NCBI RefSeq assembly: GCF_009914755.1 | Contig: NC_060929.1 | Direction: 5' to 3' (one strand) | DNA length: 64,000 nt | DNA from: the human T2T-CHM13v2.0 reference genome, Homo sapiens | Shown: positions 1 through 17,116 of the stretch, one piece after another | How the letters are laid out: each line of letters starts with the position of its first letter | How positions within the stretch are numbered: position 1 is the first letter of the stretch | The notes under the pieces: generated by a model | Told to the model about the DNA's origin: nothing | Databases searched by the model: none | The model's input: only the letters and a program-made list of their open reading frames with translations | Made by a program: the position numbers and the translations under genes

Positions 1-1040
1 TTCAAAGCTAACCACAAAATCGAAAGCAACCACAGGGGTCAATAGCACCAAACATGAGCCCTTTTCTTTGTGCCCAACACCAGCACTGCAAGACCAGGAG
101 GCTTGCCAGTCATGGGAAAAATCTGGACATACAACAGGCTTACACAGGACTAAGGGGGCTGAGCTACCTAGAAGCTGAGTCTGGAATCTGGAAGTCAAAC
201 AAAGACTGGAAGGATAGGCCGGTCAGAGGCATGCTTGAGTCCAGATAAACAGACAGATTCTAAGGGTTGGGAAGAAGAGGTGTAGTCTACAGACCCAGGG
301 AGGAAAAAGGAGGCCAAAGTCTAGGAAGATCCACTAAGAAGAAAATCAACAAATGGACCCAAAGGAGAACAGGAAACCAAAGAAGGTCACGACCCAGGGC
401 ACAGGCCATTTGCTCTCCCTTGCAAAATATTTAATGCATGTGCATTCGGCTAGAACCTCGCTGGGCCAGTAAATAGTCCTAACAGATCTGATCCCCTCCC
501 CACCCATCCACCCACCCACTGGGGAGAAGCCCAGCTGTTCAGTCCAAAGGGGCTGGGGTGGGAAGGCAAAAGCCATGTTCTAGGAAAAAGGGTCAGAAAT
601 AAGCTGGATTCACTTAAAGGGGCCAGGCCCCAGAGACCTCCTGGTCTCACCCATGGATTTTTCAGTGGTGCTGGGAACAAGGTGGGTAACAGAACAGAAA
701 TGCTGTGTACCTTTGGCAAGCTAAGGTCTACAACACCTCACATAGCCCACATTCCTATAACACAAACGTAGCTCATAATGTTTGCCACTGTAAATGGTTT
801 CAATATGACTGTTGAAATATACAAACAACAATCTCAGGGTTTACAATGCCATACTTTAAAATAAGATTCTGAGCCAAACTCAACACTCACCCCGAGAGAT
901 GAAAACAGAATATGTTTCTAGAGTTACTAAGTCAAAGAATTCCCTTGAAAAAGCCTCTCTTCTACCCTCTTCATTTCATTCTGGCCCTAGGGCCTGAGTG
1001 GTTTACACACTACCAGAGTAGAAACAACAGTGAAACTCCG

Positions 1041-1370
<330 letters not shown>

Positions 1371-1509
1371 CTATTTTTTTTTTTTTTTTTTGTCACTTGT
1401 GGTCCTTTTAAGACTTGTAACTTCCTTATGAAAATGCCATATGATCACAGTCTTAATGAAGCATGCGCCATTCTGATGACTTATTTGGCTTCATGCTGAT
1501 TACAAATGG

Positions 1510-1630
1510 AGCTTCATTCATCCATTCAGTGTTCATTATAAGGGGCCTCTCTGGGCCAGGCTCGGCTCCGAGGTGCTGATGACAAGTCCCCATTCTAAGA
1601 GACCTTGGTGAGGAGAGACAGAAAAAAATC
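1510..1630 (-). mobile_element. L2 3' end fragment
   Basis: ttcattcatccattca...gggccaggc pattern typical of a degenerate L2 tail. Confidence 0.4.
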
Positions 1631-2771
1631 TAACACACACACATGATACAGGTGGTGGCTCTTTGAAAGGGGGCCTGAATAGGTGTGTGAATACACACCT
1701 TGTATTCAGAGCCTTGTGTATTCAGCTAGAGCCTGCATATTTGCGTTCGTGCATTTATCCCTGAAGGAAGGCAGAAGAGACAGACATCTCTGTAGGAACC
1801 AGGTTCCCAGGAGAAAGGACAAGAGCGTGGCCTGCTTGAGTGAGAGTCTCCCAGATTACAATAAATGAGCTTTCTGTGCAGATTTGTAAACATGCACATG
1901 TTTAGCCTGGAGCTAAGTGCGCTAATAAACAAGCAGACGAGTTTTTTTTCTTTCTATAATCCCAGAGTGAAAATTAATGGAAACATCTGACTTTCCATCT
2001 TTGAGCCACAAAATGCCAAAGCAAATTCTTGGAAGAGGTCTAGGGAGTCAGAACCACGTGGCTTCCAGAGCAGAAAAGATTCTTAAACTCAAAACCAAGT
2101 TAAGCTGGACAAGTTGCATTTTCCTTGGTCTTGAAAGCAAGAATGAAAGTCCCAGTGGTGTTCAATCTCTGGAGTATAGACCGCTGATTTTAAGGAACTC
2201 TGTAGGCTGGTGTTTAGTGTCCATCTCAGAGGTGGGTATTTCCAGGAGCAACAGCAAAATGTGGGAAAAGCACAGAGAATTGAAGAGCTTCCCAGCTCAA
2301 TGCTGTCTTTTTCATACAGCTGCAACTGTTTTGATTGAAGTGAATTCCAAGAATAACAGATGGAGCACTATTAAAGTTTCAAAAAAAAAAGAAGCCAAAA
2401 ACTATACATCGGATTTTAAAAAATTATCTGTCACTTATCACTAGCACAGTCCTCTTTCCCTTTACTTTTAGGGTGGCTGTGCAACCCACCTTCCTCCAGA
2501 GAAGGACCCTTCACCCGCATGCAGGGATAGCCCACCCACCCCGATATTCATAGCACGTGGCCAGGGCTCAGCGGTCTGGCATCCTCAGCAGATCTAAGCT
2601 GGGCTATCGGATTCTCCATTCCTAGAATCTGGGGCTGAGTCTCAACAAATCTTTCTTGACGTTGTCTATTTCTTAAGAAAAGATACAAACCATACTTTCG
2701 AATGTGCTATTATTTTGTAAAACAGTACAAAAAAGGTATCCAAGAGGAAAGCAGTTTAAAAATAAATTACA

Positions 2772-3060
<289 letters not shown>

Positions 3061-3084
3061 GTAAAAAATAAATAACAAACGGAG

Positions 3085-3236
3085 TTATTGCTTAACAGGC
3101 TCGGAGTTTTTGTTTGGAGTGATGAAAAAGTTTTGGAAATGGTGTGATAACACGACATTATAAATGTGATTACTGCCACTAATACATTTAAAATTGTTAA
3201 AATTAAATGGTAAGTTTTATGTCATATTTATTTACC

Positions 3237-3238
<2 letters not shown>
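3085..3238 (+). mobile_element. Old L1M 3' end fragment
   Basis: gtttttgtttggagtgatgaaaaagttttggaaat... resembles the L1MB 3' UTR. Confidence 0.6.

Positions 3239-3239
<1 letters not shown>

Positions 3240-3280
<41 letters not shown>
3240..3280. repeat. (CA)n microsatellite, ~20 units
   Basis: Directly visible. Confidence 0.97.
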
Positions 3281-3283
<3 letters not shown>

Positions 3284-3670
3284 CAATAGAGGAAAACCCA
3301 AGCTCTAGTCCAAAAAAAATTGTGTATTTATTCATTTTCCTTTCAATTCAAACGTGGGTATTTGCCGAAGAAACTAGTAATAGCAAATCCTTCAGACACC
3401 CAGCAGAAAAAGTGAAAACCCCAAAAGGAATACAAATGTTACAGCTGTGAGCAAATGCACATACGCAACGGCACCAGCGTTAAAGCTGGCAGACTATTTT
3501 AGGGATACGCTTTGCCTCTCAACTGGACTGCGGAAAAACATTTGTATTTTGTTGAGCCATACTGTCATCAGACAGAAGAGTCACCAGAAAAATCCTATCT
3601 TTGAGCCATGAACAACAGATCAATGATAAGCTAAAAGATACCACATTAAAATGGAGGGCCATTAACTTGC

Positions 3671-3746
3671 TATTAGGCTGAACCATATGTGATTGCCGAT
3701 CTCTAACCCTTTATGGCCTCTAGAAACGGCAATTTCATATGGTTCA
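3671..3746. mobile_element. MADE2-like mariner MITE
   Basis: tattaggctgaaccatatgtgattgccg ... cggcaatttcatatggttca inverted termini, ~76 bp. Confidence 0.8.
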
Positions 3747-4877
3747 CAGGAACCCAGAGGTTAATTGGGTTGGAGGCAGCAGTTGCAATACAAGAGACAT
3801 GTAAGACTCAGGGGCTACAGCCATGATGCAAATGACCTCCTGTTTCTTTCCTCTTGAGAGAAAAAGGGGTAAGATGTCTCCACTTTATGATGAAGATAAA
3901 AATATACATTTAAAAAAAAAAGACAAAAAAGCAAGGGAATTATGTCCAGGCCAGCTGACTGAAAAGAATCTAACCCTATCTGTCCCTGAGTTTGGTTTTG
4001 AGAGTCATTAGATCCTAACCACACTATGTTTGCATTATAAATGTGGCCCCCAACTGCCTTTTCCTCCAACCTCACGCATTTACTGCCTCCCTGCTGGTCT
4101 CCACCCACAGCCGCTCTTCCCGGGAACCTGGAGCTGCCCTCCCGGACCCCAGGTGGTCCCCTCCTGCCAGCTGCCCGACCTGGAGAGCGGGCCAGCTGCC
4201 ACTCACTCAGTCTCCCTCGGGCTCCACATACAAGGAAAGAGTTCACAGTGAGCAGTGGGACCGTGCTCCTGCGCACCCGGGCAGCTGCCTTGGCACAGCA
4301 GCTGGCTTTGCGTGAGAAGCCTGGAATGCAGCTTCCCTAGCTGCTGGAACGTGTGGGCCTTCCTGGGCTCTCAGATAAGATTTTTCCCTTGGCTCAGATG
4401 TCTAGATCTGCCACTTCCCTTCAGCACTCAGATCGGTCCTCCTCAAGTTGAAGTCACTGGGTTCTAGTTGCCCAATTCTTCCTAATAATTCCTGGGGTCA
4501 GCTCCAAAGGACAGACCCGCCAGGCTGTCCCCTACTGACCATTTTCCTGCATTCAACAGGCTTGCGGAAGATTTTTCTGGGAGACAGGAGTGTGTGCAGA
4601 TGGTGTACTGAACAGGAGGGTGTGAAAAGGTCAAAAGGTCGCCTACATCCACAAGGCATTCAAGGGACATAAAAACGACACCAATAGGGGCAAAGGGAAG
4701 GGGAGGGGGGAGCAAAAGAAAACCAGCTGGACAGGGTGGAAAGTGTGTGAAAACAACCAAAAATGCAATGAGAAGTCACTACATTAACTCACCTCTTACC
4801 AAGTTTCACAAAATTGGGCCGATGGCATTAACTCCAACAAACCAAAACCAGAGAGTCAAACCAAAAAGTCAGAGACG

Positions 4878-4921
4878 GCTTTAAGTGGGAGCTGCGATTG
4901 CTTTAAGTGGGAGCTGTGATT
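4878..4921. repeat. 22-bp tandem duplication gctttaagtgggagctg(c/t)gatt
   Basis: Two adjacent copies with one mismatch. Confidence 0.9.
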
Positions 4922-5543
4922 ATAAATAATTAGTGCTGTGTTCCCAGTGTGGCTTGAAGAAGTCTGACTCTCTTAGCAGGTGGGAATGACTTGAAAGTCC
5001 CATGCAATCCCATGATCTTTTAGTGGATTAATAAAATGAGAAGAATTTTTTCAACCAAGCTTAGTTATCCTTGTTGCAAATAGAGAGAAGGACATGGAGG
5101 AGGTTGTCTACTTGCAGATTTGGATGATTAAATCCTCAACTAGTGAATATTTTGGAAGACCCTATAGAGAGACAATTCAAACAGAATACCAAACGGAATC
5201 CCTGCACAGAGTAATCGCCTTGATGAAATGGGCTGCAGTAAACTGAATAACTACCCCTTAAAATACAATTAGATAAACTGATATCACTCTAAACTATTTC
5301 AGAGCAATCAAATTAGACTCTTTCCAGAAAAAGATAATAAAATAGTTCTAATCACCAAGGTGAAAAATCTAATTTAAAACTTATTAATCAATTTTACAAT
5401 GTTCCTAAAGAGTGCTACAGTGACTGCTCGTGCACCTCCTGGATGTTCCAGAAAAGACAAACGTTTAGTGCTGTCTTCCTTCTTACCCTTTTACATGAGT
5501 TGATCACCTGCAGAACCATGGTGCTTTTAAAAATCTGCTCTTC

Positions 5544-5840
5544 AGCTGGGCACGGTGGCTCATGTCTGTAATCCCAGCACTTTGGGAGGCCAAGGCAGGC
5601 AGATCACAAGGTCAGGAGATCAAGACCATCCTGGCTAACACGGTGAAACCCCGCCTCTACTAAAAATACATAAAATTAGCCAGGCGTGGTGGCACCTGCC
5701 TGTAGTCCCAGCCACTCGGGAGGCTGAGGCAGGAGAATCGCTTGAACCCGGGAGGCGGAGGTTTGCAGCAAGCCAAGATCGCGCCACTGCACTGCAGCCT
5801 GGGTGACAGAGCAAGACTCCGTCTCAAAAAAAAAAAAAAA
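5544..5840 (+). mobile_element. Alu (AluY/Sc-like)
   Basis: gagatcaagaccatcctggctaacacgg diagnostic segment, poly(A), degenerate TSD. Confidence 0.92.
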
Positions 5841-6205
5841 TTCTGCTTTTCTGAAACTCTGTCCAAAGCCTGTGGTCCAAGAAGACAACTGATTTCTAAC
5901 TTGCAGGATATGTGCTGACCCGCCTGTGTGCTGGGGCCTTCAGAGGCCACAGTTACATATTTTTCAATAAAGTGTGAAAGAGTGTCATTTGCTCATTTCT
6001 TTTTCCATCTGTAAATACTTCACAGCAAGTATAAGTTACAAGTCAAATGGAATACTTTGGTTCTCTGTATTCCTAGTATCAACCTATAGTAGTTTAAATT
6101 TTAGAGTGGAATGAAATTTTAAATTAACATTAGAACGATCTCCTTGGCAAAAACAAACAACAAAAAAACAAAATTCCTTAAAGACTGAATGAAATAAGAA
6201 AGCAT

Positions 6206-6795
6206 GGGTTGGGCAGTGGCTCACACCTGTAATCCTACTGCTTTGTTTTTTGTTTTTTGTTTTCAGACAGAGTCTCGCTCTGTCGCCCAGCGTGGAGTGC
6301 AGTGGCGCCATTGCGGCTCACTGCAAGCTCCGTCTCCCAGGTTCACGCCATTCTCCTGCCTCAGCCTCCTGAGTAGCTGGGACTACAGGCACCCACCACC
6401 ACACCCGGCTAATTTTTTTTTTTTTTTTTTTTTGTATTTTTAGTAGAGACAAGGTTTCAGCATGTTAGCCAGGATGGTCTCGATCTCCTGACCTCATGAT
6501 CCACCCACCTCGGCCTCCCAAAGTGCTGGGATTACAGGCGTGCACCACCGTGCCCAGGCCTATTGCTTTCAAAGACTGAGTCAGGTCACCTGAGGCCAGG
6601 AGTTCCAGACCAGCCTGGGTAACACAGTAAGACGCCACCTCCAGAAAAAATTTTTCAGGCATGGTGCACCCCTGTAGTCCTAGCTACTCAGGAGACTGAG
6701 ACAGAAGGATCACTCAAGCCCAGGAGTTACAATGAGCTACGACTGGACCACTGCACCCCAGCCTAGATGACAGAGCAAGACCCTGTCGCTAAAAA
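6206..6795 (+). mobile_element. AluJ-like element split by an inverted AluY
   Basis: 5' piece 6206-6244, remainder 6561-6795. Confidence 0.75.
6245..6560 (-). mobile_element. AluY-like element
   Basis: ctgcaagctcc...ttcacgccattctcc diagnostics; TSD tactgcttt/tattgcttt. Confidence 0.9.
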
Positions 6796-6803
6796 CAGAA
6801 GGT

Positions 6804-7279
<476 letters not shown>

Positions 7280-7604
7280 TTAGACACACATGGCTCTGCT
7301 TTTTCTCCAACACTAAACAGGATTTTAAAATTGCTTTTTAATTCACCTGAGAATTATGATGCCGCAGTCAGCCCAACTCCTGGCCGCTGGAGGGGAGGGC
7401 TCAGAGAATAAAAAGGAAAGGAAAAGCTTCGAAGTGCAAGAAAAAAACCTTCTAACTTTACCCAAAGCCCTCCTTCTTTGCTTTATCTTTGCTTCCTCCA
7501 AAACACTAATACTGGTGGAATACGGAAGGGCTTGAGTGCTTCTTGCTCTTCATTTTAAGTAATTATGACCCTAAGGCATTTTTCAGGAACGTCTTCAAAA
7601 TCCT

Positions 7605-7750
7605 TACTACTCCAATGTGGTTGGTCCAGCAACATAATATCACCAAGGAGCTTGTGAAAAATTCAGCCCGCTCTCCAGCCCCACCCCAACCTGCCTGTCA
7701 GAATCTGCATTTTAACAAGATCCACAGGTGATTCGTATGCACCACTCTAA
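7605..7750 (+). mobile_element. MER5A1-like hAT-Charlie MITE
   Basis: cagaatctgcattttaacaagatccacaggtgattcgtatgca. Confidence 0.7.
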
Positions 7751-7832
7751 ATCAAAGGAAAATTACACTAATAGTTTTGTAAACTCTTTGTGGATTCTAA
7801 GAGGTCACCTTTGGGTAAAATAAAAATTTCGC

Positions 7833-8179
<347 letters not shown>

Positions 8180-8249
8180 CTACCATTTACCCACCATCTG
8201 ACCTCAAACATGGTATTTCCTCTGTTGTGTGTGTGTTTACATATATGCT

Positions 8250-8415
8250 AACATAAAATGTTTCAGCTTAAGCATGTTTTAGTGCACAGTCTAGTGGCAT
8301 GAAGTACAATTACAGTGTTGTGCAACCATCACCAGCATCCATCTTCCAAACGTTTCATCTTCCAAAACTGAAACAATATCCCCATTAAACAGTAATGTCC
8401 AAATCTCCCCTCCTC
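8250..8415 (-). mobile_element. L1M 3' end fragment
   Basis: gtggcatgaagtacaattacagtgttgtgcaaccatcacc...aactgaaac. Confidence 0.7.
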
Positions 8416-8553
8416 TCAGAAATACCAATATCTTAACATACCAAGCTGGGTCAAAATTAACCAATTTCCTTTAAAGTAACCAAGGACAGGCTTGATCAAG
8501 GACAAGACCATGCTCTAAACTTTTGACTCTGACTCCTTCAAGAATCTATGCCT

Positions 8554-8841
<288 letters not shown>

Positions 8842-9472
8842 CTATCCCTGGCCAGTTAAGTGCAGTGTTCCTGTCCTAGGCACCAGAACCAGTTAAAGAA
8901 CTTCTCCTAATGCTTGGCGACGATTCCTGCATGTTCCACAGTGAACTTGTAACGTAAAGAGGGGAAGACTATGTAGGTCAGTAGAAAAACAAACTAGAGT
9001 CTTTGGGCCACTGACAGTTCTTGATCCAAGCCTGAATCCAATTTTAAAAATCTTGCCTCACTTTTCTCATAACCCCGCAATTCCTACATGAGTCACCAAG
9101 CTAATTATACTTGTTATATTTGGGAATGACAGAGTGGACAACATAAAACTAAGCATTCGATGACCAAATGAAGATTAGAGGTCAAGGCTCAGCGTTGTTT
9201 TCACATTTAAGTACACATTATCATAGTTCAGTTCCTTCCAAACCCACAACCCATAAATACTGTTGAAAATGATCAGAACTACTGACCCAACCAATCCATT
9301 CCACTCCCACCTCACTAAGAGCTGCCCATGGACAACAGCTGGCAAGGGCTTCACATGGCCCAGACTGCCGACCACAAGTCAAGGGCAGTGGCACCCAGAG
9401 ACTGGTAGAGCTGTTGAGCTAGGAGCCTTTGTCAGAAAGCTTAGTTAGAATAGGAATAAAAAGTATCTTGAG

Positions 9473-9770
9473 AGCCTTAGGGACATCATGCTAAGTGAAA
9501 TAAACCAGCCACAAAAGCACATATACTGTATGAGTCCACTCACTGAAGTATTTAAAGTAATCAAAGTCATAGGAACAGAAAGAAGAGCAGTTACCAAGGG
9601 CTAGAGGAATTAGTGATTAGTGGGCATAGAGTTTCAGTGCTGCAAGATGAAAACATTCTTGAGATCTGCCACACAACAATGTGAATAAACTTAACCCTAG
9701 TACCCTTAAAAATAGTTAAGATGGTAAAGTTAATGTTATGTGATTCTTACCATAATTTTTTTAAAAAAGA
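9473..9770 (+). mobile_element. L1MB-like 3' end
   Basis: gacatcatgctaagtgaaataaaccagccacaaaa...ttaaaaatagttaagatggt. Confidence 0.8.
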
Positions 9771-9842
9771 AAAAAGTTAAAAGACTAAAAGGAAAACATC
9801 TTTGGGATTAAAATATAATTCAATAAGAAAGGGAAAGAATGC

Positions 9843-12394
<2,552 letters not shown>

Positions 12395-13063
12395 AGTGCC
12401 ATGAAAAACCTATTTTACAACGCTTTCAGGAACACAGTTTTGTTAAACGAATGACACTGTTTAGATATTGTTTTCCCTTTTCACATCATCTTGAGAAGTA
12501 TGTACAGGTCCTGAAAGAAACCAAATTCTCATCTGGGGAAACTGAGACAGAAGACAGGCGGAGTGACAGAAAAATGTGGCCAGTCCTATCCTACAGGGAA
12601 ACTTAAACATTTAAGCAGTGCCTGATACTAAAGTTGAGCAAAATTCACTTATTTACTCCCTAGACTACAGATCATACTATACTACCCGAGACTCTGATGG
12701 AGAAGGAACTAGACTGGGTGTTGGTGAAGTGTCCACACTGTCAGTGACCATTAGACATGCTGTCTCTTTGTTCCCCCTCTCTCCCCATACCCTGAAATCT
12801 ATATCCACAAAGCACAGTTATATCTATATACTGAAAATCCATTCAAGACTCTCAGAAGAAAAAGAAATGAAGGAGTTACAAACACAGTATTAACTACAGC
12901 TTATCAAATCAAGAACTAAGAATGGTTCCACCAAGTAGACCGCCCCTGCTAAGAAGTTTTGATAACCAAGTAGCCCGTCTGCCTCAAATTATGGAAACTG
13001 GCCCTGAAGCTTTTATTCTCAACACAACAACTTACAAACTCAATTCATAAACTATGTGGTTTT

Positions 13064-13363
13064 GGCCAGGGATGGTGGCTCACTTTGGGAGGCCAAGGTG
13101 GGCAGATCACTCGAGGTCAGGAGTTCAAGACCAGCCTGGCCAACATGGTGAAATGAAACCCCATCTCTACTAAAAATACAAAAATTAGTTGGGTGTGGTG
13201 GCAGGCACCTGTAATGTCAGCTACTCAGGAGGCTGAGGCAGGAGACTCACTTGAACCCAGGAGGCGAAGGTTACAGTGAACCAAGATGGTACCACTGCAC
13301 TCCAGGCTGGGCAACAGAGCAAGAATCCATCTCAGAAAATAAAAAAATAAATAAAAATAAAAA
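13064..13363 (+). mobile_element. AluS with small 5' internal deletion
   Basis: TSD cataaactatgtg. Confidence 0.9.
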
Positions 13364-13783
13364 CATAAACTATGTGTTTTAGATCCTTGCATTTGACTAT
13401 CTTTTATTTCCTTAAGTCTTAAATTTTAATATGTACCTCTGAGGTAGAGGCCAATTTATAACATTAAATTAGTTTCCTTAGTAAAATGGACGTGCCAGGT
13501 TTCTCTTATAATCATCAGAATATAATCAAGCAAACCAGTTTTTGGATTTACATATTTAATTTTAGTGATAGGACTTTTCATTCATTTTACACTAAAGAAA
13601 CAAAATCAGGAACAGTGGTGCTCCTATAAACAGGAGAAACTTCTTCAGTTGCTTAACAAGGTAGATAAATAGGCTCAGCTTCAGTGATTTAGTCAGTCTT
13701 CTTCTTACAGTGATCAGGACAACATTACCCTAAATTCTCAGTGGGATCCTAGTATTTTCAACACTCTATTTGTGATTAACTGG

Positions 13784-14075
13784 TTTGTTTTCTGAGAAGG
13801 AGTCTTGCTCTGTCACCCAGACCTGAGTGCAGTGGTGCAATCTCGGCTCACTGCAACCTCCGCCTCGCAGGTTGAAGCAATTCTTCTGCCTCAGCCCCCC
13901 AATTAGCTGGGATTACAGGTGCCTGCCACCACAGCTGGTTAATTTTTGTATTTTTAGTAGAGACGGGGTTTCACCATGTTGGCCAGGCTGGTCTTGAACT
14001 AAGGACCTCAAGTGATCTGTCCGACTCGGCCTCCCAAAGTGCTGGGATTACCGGCGTGAGCCACTGTGCCCAGCC
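13784..14075 (-). mobile_element. AluS
   Basis: Reverse-complement Alu consensus. Confidence 0.9.
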
Positions 14076-14427
14076 TGAACTGAATGTTTGTATTCTCCCC
14101 CCAAATTAATATGTTGAATTCCTAATCTCCCATGCAGTGCTGTTAGGGTCTTTGGCAGGTGACTTGGTCATGAAGGTGCAGCCTTCATGAATGGGATTAG
14201 TGCCCTTATAAAAGAGGCCCAAGAGAACTCCCCCTTCTACAATGTGAGGCCCAGCAAGAAGCTGGCTGGCTATGAACCAGTGAGCAGAGGCCTCACAAGA
14301 CACACAACTGCCAGCATCTTGATGGCCTTGGACTCTCCAGGCTCCAGAACTGTGACATCGATATTTGCTCTTCATAAATCACTCAGTCTATGGTATTCTG
14401 TCATGGCAGCCCAAACTGACTAAGACA
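14076..14427 (+). mobile_element. MLT1A-like MaLR solo LTR (5' tip near 13770 separated by the Alu)
   Basis: catgaatgggattagtgcccttataaaagagg ... gactaagaca. Confidence 0.8.
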
Positions 14428-14829
14428 CTACGAAAGTTTAAGAATTTTAAGAGAAAGTAACAAGTTAATCAGTCAGCAAATATCATATACTTGAACTTTT
14501 GCTCAAATTACTTGCATCCTCTACTTCTGATAGCTGAAAAAGATGAAAGAAGGCAGAAAAGATACCCAGGAGGGAAACCAGGCCAGTGCCATGCCCTTCT
14601 GTCCCCACACTAGTTGGAATATTTGCTGTGTTCCATTTGAGAGAACTGTATTGTATCTATTACACACACATGGTTTACATTCTACATTCCCACTGGGATT
14701 TTGAATTATCACTTAGGAAAAAAATGTAAAGCGTGTGTATGTGTAGGGGGGCCAAGCACACATGCCCTGGGCACGAATAGCTACAAAGCAGACCATGGAT
14801 GTTGGGAAGCTGCAGGGACTTGTTCTCAC

Positions 14830-14928
14830 CTGACCATAGTCTGTCCGGAAGACGACGATGCCTTCTGCACAGGAATTTACAGTACTTGGAAAATGCTGGC
14901 CATTTTCTCTCAGCCAGACCCGTGTTCC
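14830..14928 (-). CDS. MYO10: Myosin X coding exon 2 (99 nt, phase 0-0), N-terminal SH3-like region residues ~8-40
   Basis: Minus strand reads tttgtttacag|GGAACACGG...GGTCAG|gtgaga. The translation GTRVWLRENGQHFPSTVNSCAEGIVVFRTDYGQ matches the recalled MYO10 N-terminus after MDNFFTE. Canonical AG/GT. Confidence 0.96.
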
Positions 14929-15199
14929 CTGTAAACAAAACAAACAAGACTGAACTGAGTTTGGATTGCATTTTGTGGCGAAACTGTACTGTCGAAATTA
15001 CCCTAACTCCTATATTCCTTTAAAAAAAATCTTCTTGAAAAGTAAATGTCTTTCTCAAGCAAAGAACAAATCTTCGCAAAGCATCATCCACAGGCTTTAC
15101 TATCCACAAGTGTGACTGAGAGTCCCATCAGACATAGAAGGCAAAGAGGGACTAAGAAAATAGTAGCTAGCCCCTGTGTTCTCACCATGCAACTGATTT

Positions 15200-15365
15200 A
15201 GGTGGATTACGTCATTTGAGATGATGAAGCAGGCACTATGACCATTCCCATTTTACAGATGGAGAACCAGAGGCCTAGAGGTAAACTAACTTGCCCAGCA
15301 TCACAAAGACTGAGCGAGTGCATGACAGGCAGTTGGGCTCCAGAAACCAGAAGTTTAACTAGGTC
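15200..15365 (-). mobile_element. MIR
   Basis: cccattttacagatggagaaccagaggc core. Confidence 0.7.
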
Positions 15366-15859
15366 TCAACAAGCCTTCACCCTCTTTGAGAACTCTTCAG
15401 AAACTAATGGCTCCCATTCTCTTAGGTCAAAGTCCGGTACACTTGCCCACTTGGAGGACATTAGACCACTCCCTTGACTCCTACTTATACCAAAATCCAT
15501 GTGTAAACTGGACTCTCCAAAAGAGGAACTGAAGTTTCTAATATTTATCAGAACTCAGTCCACCAGCACAAATTTTGTTAGGATTACATGAGACACCTAA
15601 TGAACTTCAAAGTTCAGGATTGTATCTTAAAAGATGGCAACTTCCAGATCCCACGTTTTAAATCTTGGGCACATTTTTTGGCATTGATCTCATTTCCACT
15701 TATTTATTTCCCCACTGGACAAATGAAATATCATATTGAGCTTTTTCAAGGCTCAATTTCATCTTCCTTTGATTTAATCACATGAAACTTTTTCAAACAC
15801 AAGTGATAAAGTTTGGAGGAATTACTGGGTGTTCACTGGTCAAAGAATTACCTTCATGA

Positions 15860-16228
15860 ATACTACTCAGCCATAAAAAGGAATGAAATAATGGCATTCA
15901 CAACAACGTGGATGGAGCTGGAGACCATGATTCTAGTGAAGTCACTCAAGAATGGAAAACCAAACAACATACGTTCTCGCTTATAAGTGGGAGCTAAGCT
16001 ATGAGGATGCAAAGGCATAAGAATGACATGATGGACTTTGGGGACTCAGGGAGAAGGGTGGGAGGGTGGCGAAGGATAAAAGACTACACAACAGGTACAG
16101 TGGACACTGTTCGGGTGATGGGTGCGCCAGAATCTCAGAAATCACCACTGAATAACATATCCATGTAACTAAACACCACCTGTCCCCCCAAAAACTAATG
16201 AAATTTAAAAAAAAAAAAGAAAAAAAAA
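15860..16228 (+). mobile_element. L1PB-like 5'-truncated 3' end
   Basis: tactactcagccataaaaaggaatgaaat ... poly(A); TSD aaagaattac(c/t)tt(c/t)atga. Confidence 0.9.
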
Positions 16229-17116
16229 GAATTACTTTTATGACGTTTACCCATATGATGGAATGCAACACTGAGCTTCAGTATCTCATTAAACTTTTTC
16301 TACTCTGCTCAACAATTTCAATTCCAACAAAAATGACACCAAGCACATCCTTATGAATCAATGTATTCAAGTGGAAATAGAACAAAATTATCACTTGACA
16401 TAGCACTTGATTTTTTTCTCCCTCCCTCCCTTCCTAAAATAGCACTTTAACTGAACAACTCCTTTTCTAGAATTTTCTACCTCATTTCATTTATTTCTGT
16501 TTTGTTAAATATTTGAAATATGCTGGTTATGGTATGTTCCACTTCTAGTTCAAGGAGGTAGTACTGCTCTTTAAACACAGAGTTGGCAGGGGATAAATGA
16601 CACACCAGTAAACTCCTCATTTTACGCTACTTTAAATGGTGCCAATCAATAGCAAACATAGTCACCTCCAGTAAAGGAGTGCCCCAGATATATCAGGGTC
16701 ATGTGCTAAGAAGTCTCAATGACATTATATTGAATACTAACCTTCTGTAAACTAGGAATCCTCTCAATTCCAAGAGGAAATTGCAGCTTGGAGCTTAAGA
16801 CTTTGCCCAGTGCCACACAGCTAGTGACCTAGGCAGGTCTCTCCAAATTCCTAACCCCATGCTCTTCCCACACATCACACTGACTCCACTTGTCTCCTGA
16901 AAATAATTCATAAATAAATCAAAGGCACTCATAAATCAGCCAGCAATTAAAATCTAACAACACAGAGTCACCTTAAATGGCCTGTTATCACACGTAACTA
17001 TTTGTTCTCTCTCATCTTCCTAGGAAGGAACATTTAAGACGACACAAAATCTGACGTAAAGGTTACTCCATTCCCTCAGTGCCCATGATAACACTGTTTA
17101 AAATCCACGAGCCAGA

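Noticed and set aside
3815-4467. Overlapping ORFs in a GC-richer unique block
   Set aside because: No recognisable protein similarity, no match to MYO10 exon 3 (VFTYKQSTITH...), and no convincing splice-site pair.
14713-14943. 76-aa ORF extending beyond the MYO10 exon
   Set aside because: Only 14830-14928 is bounded by splice sites; the flanks are intronic read-through.
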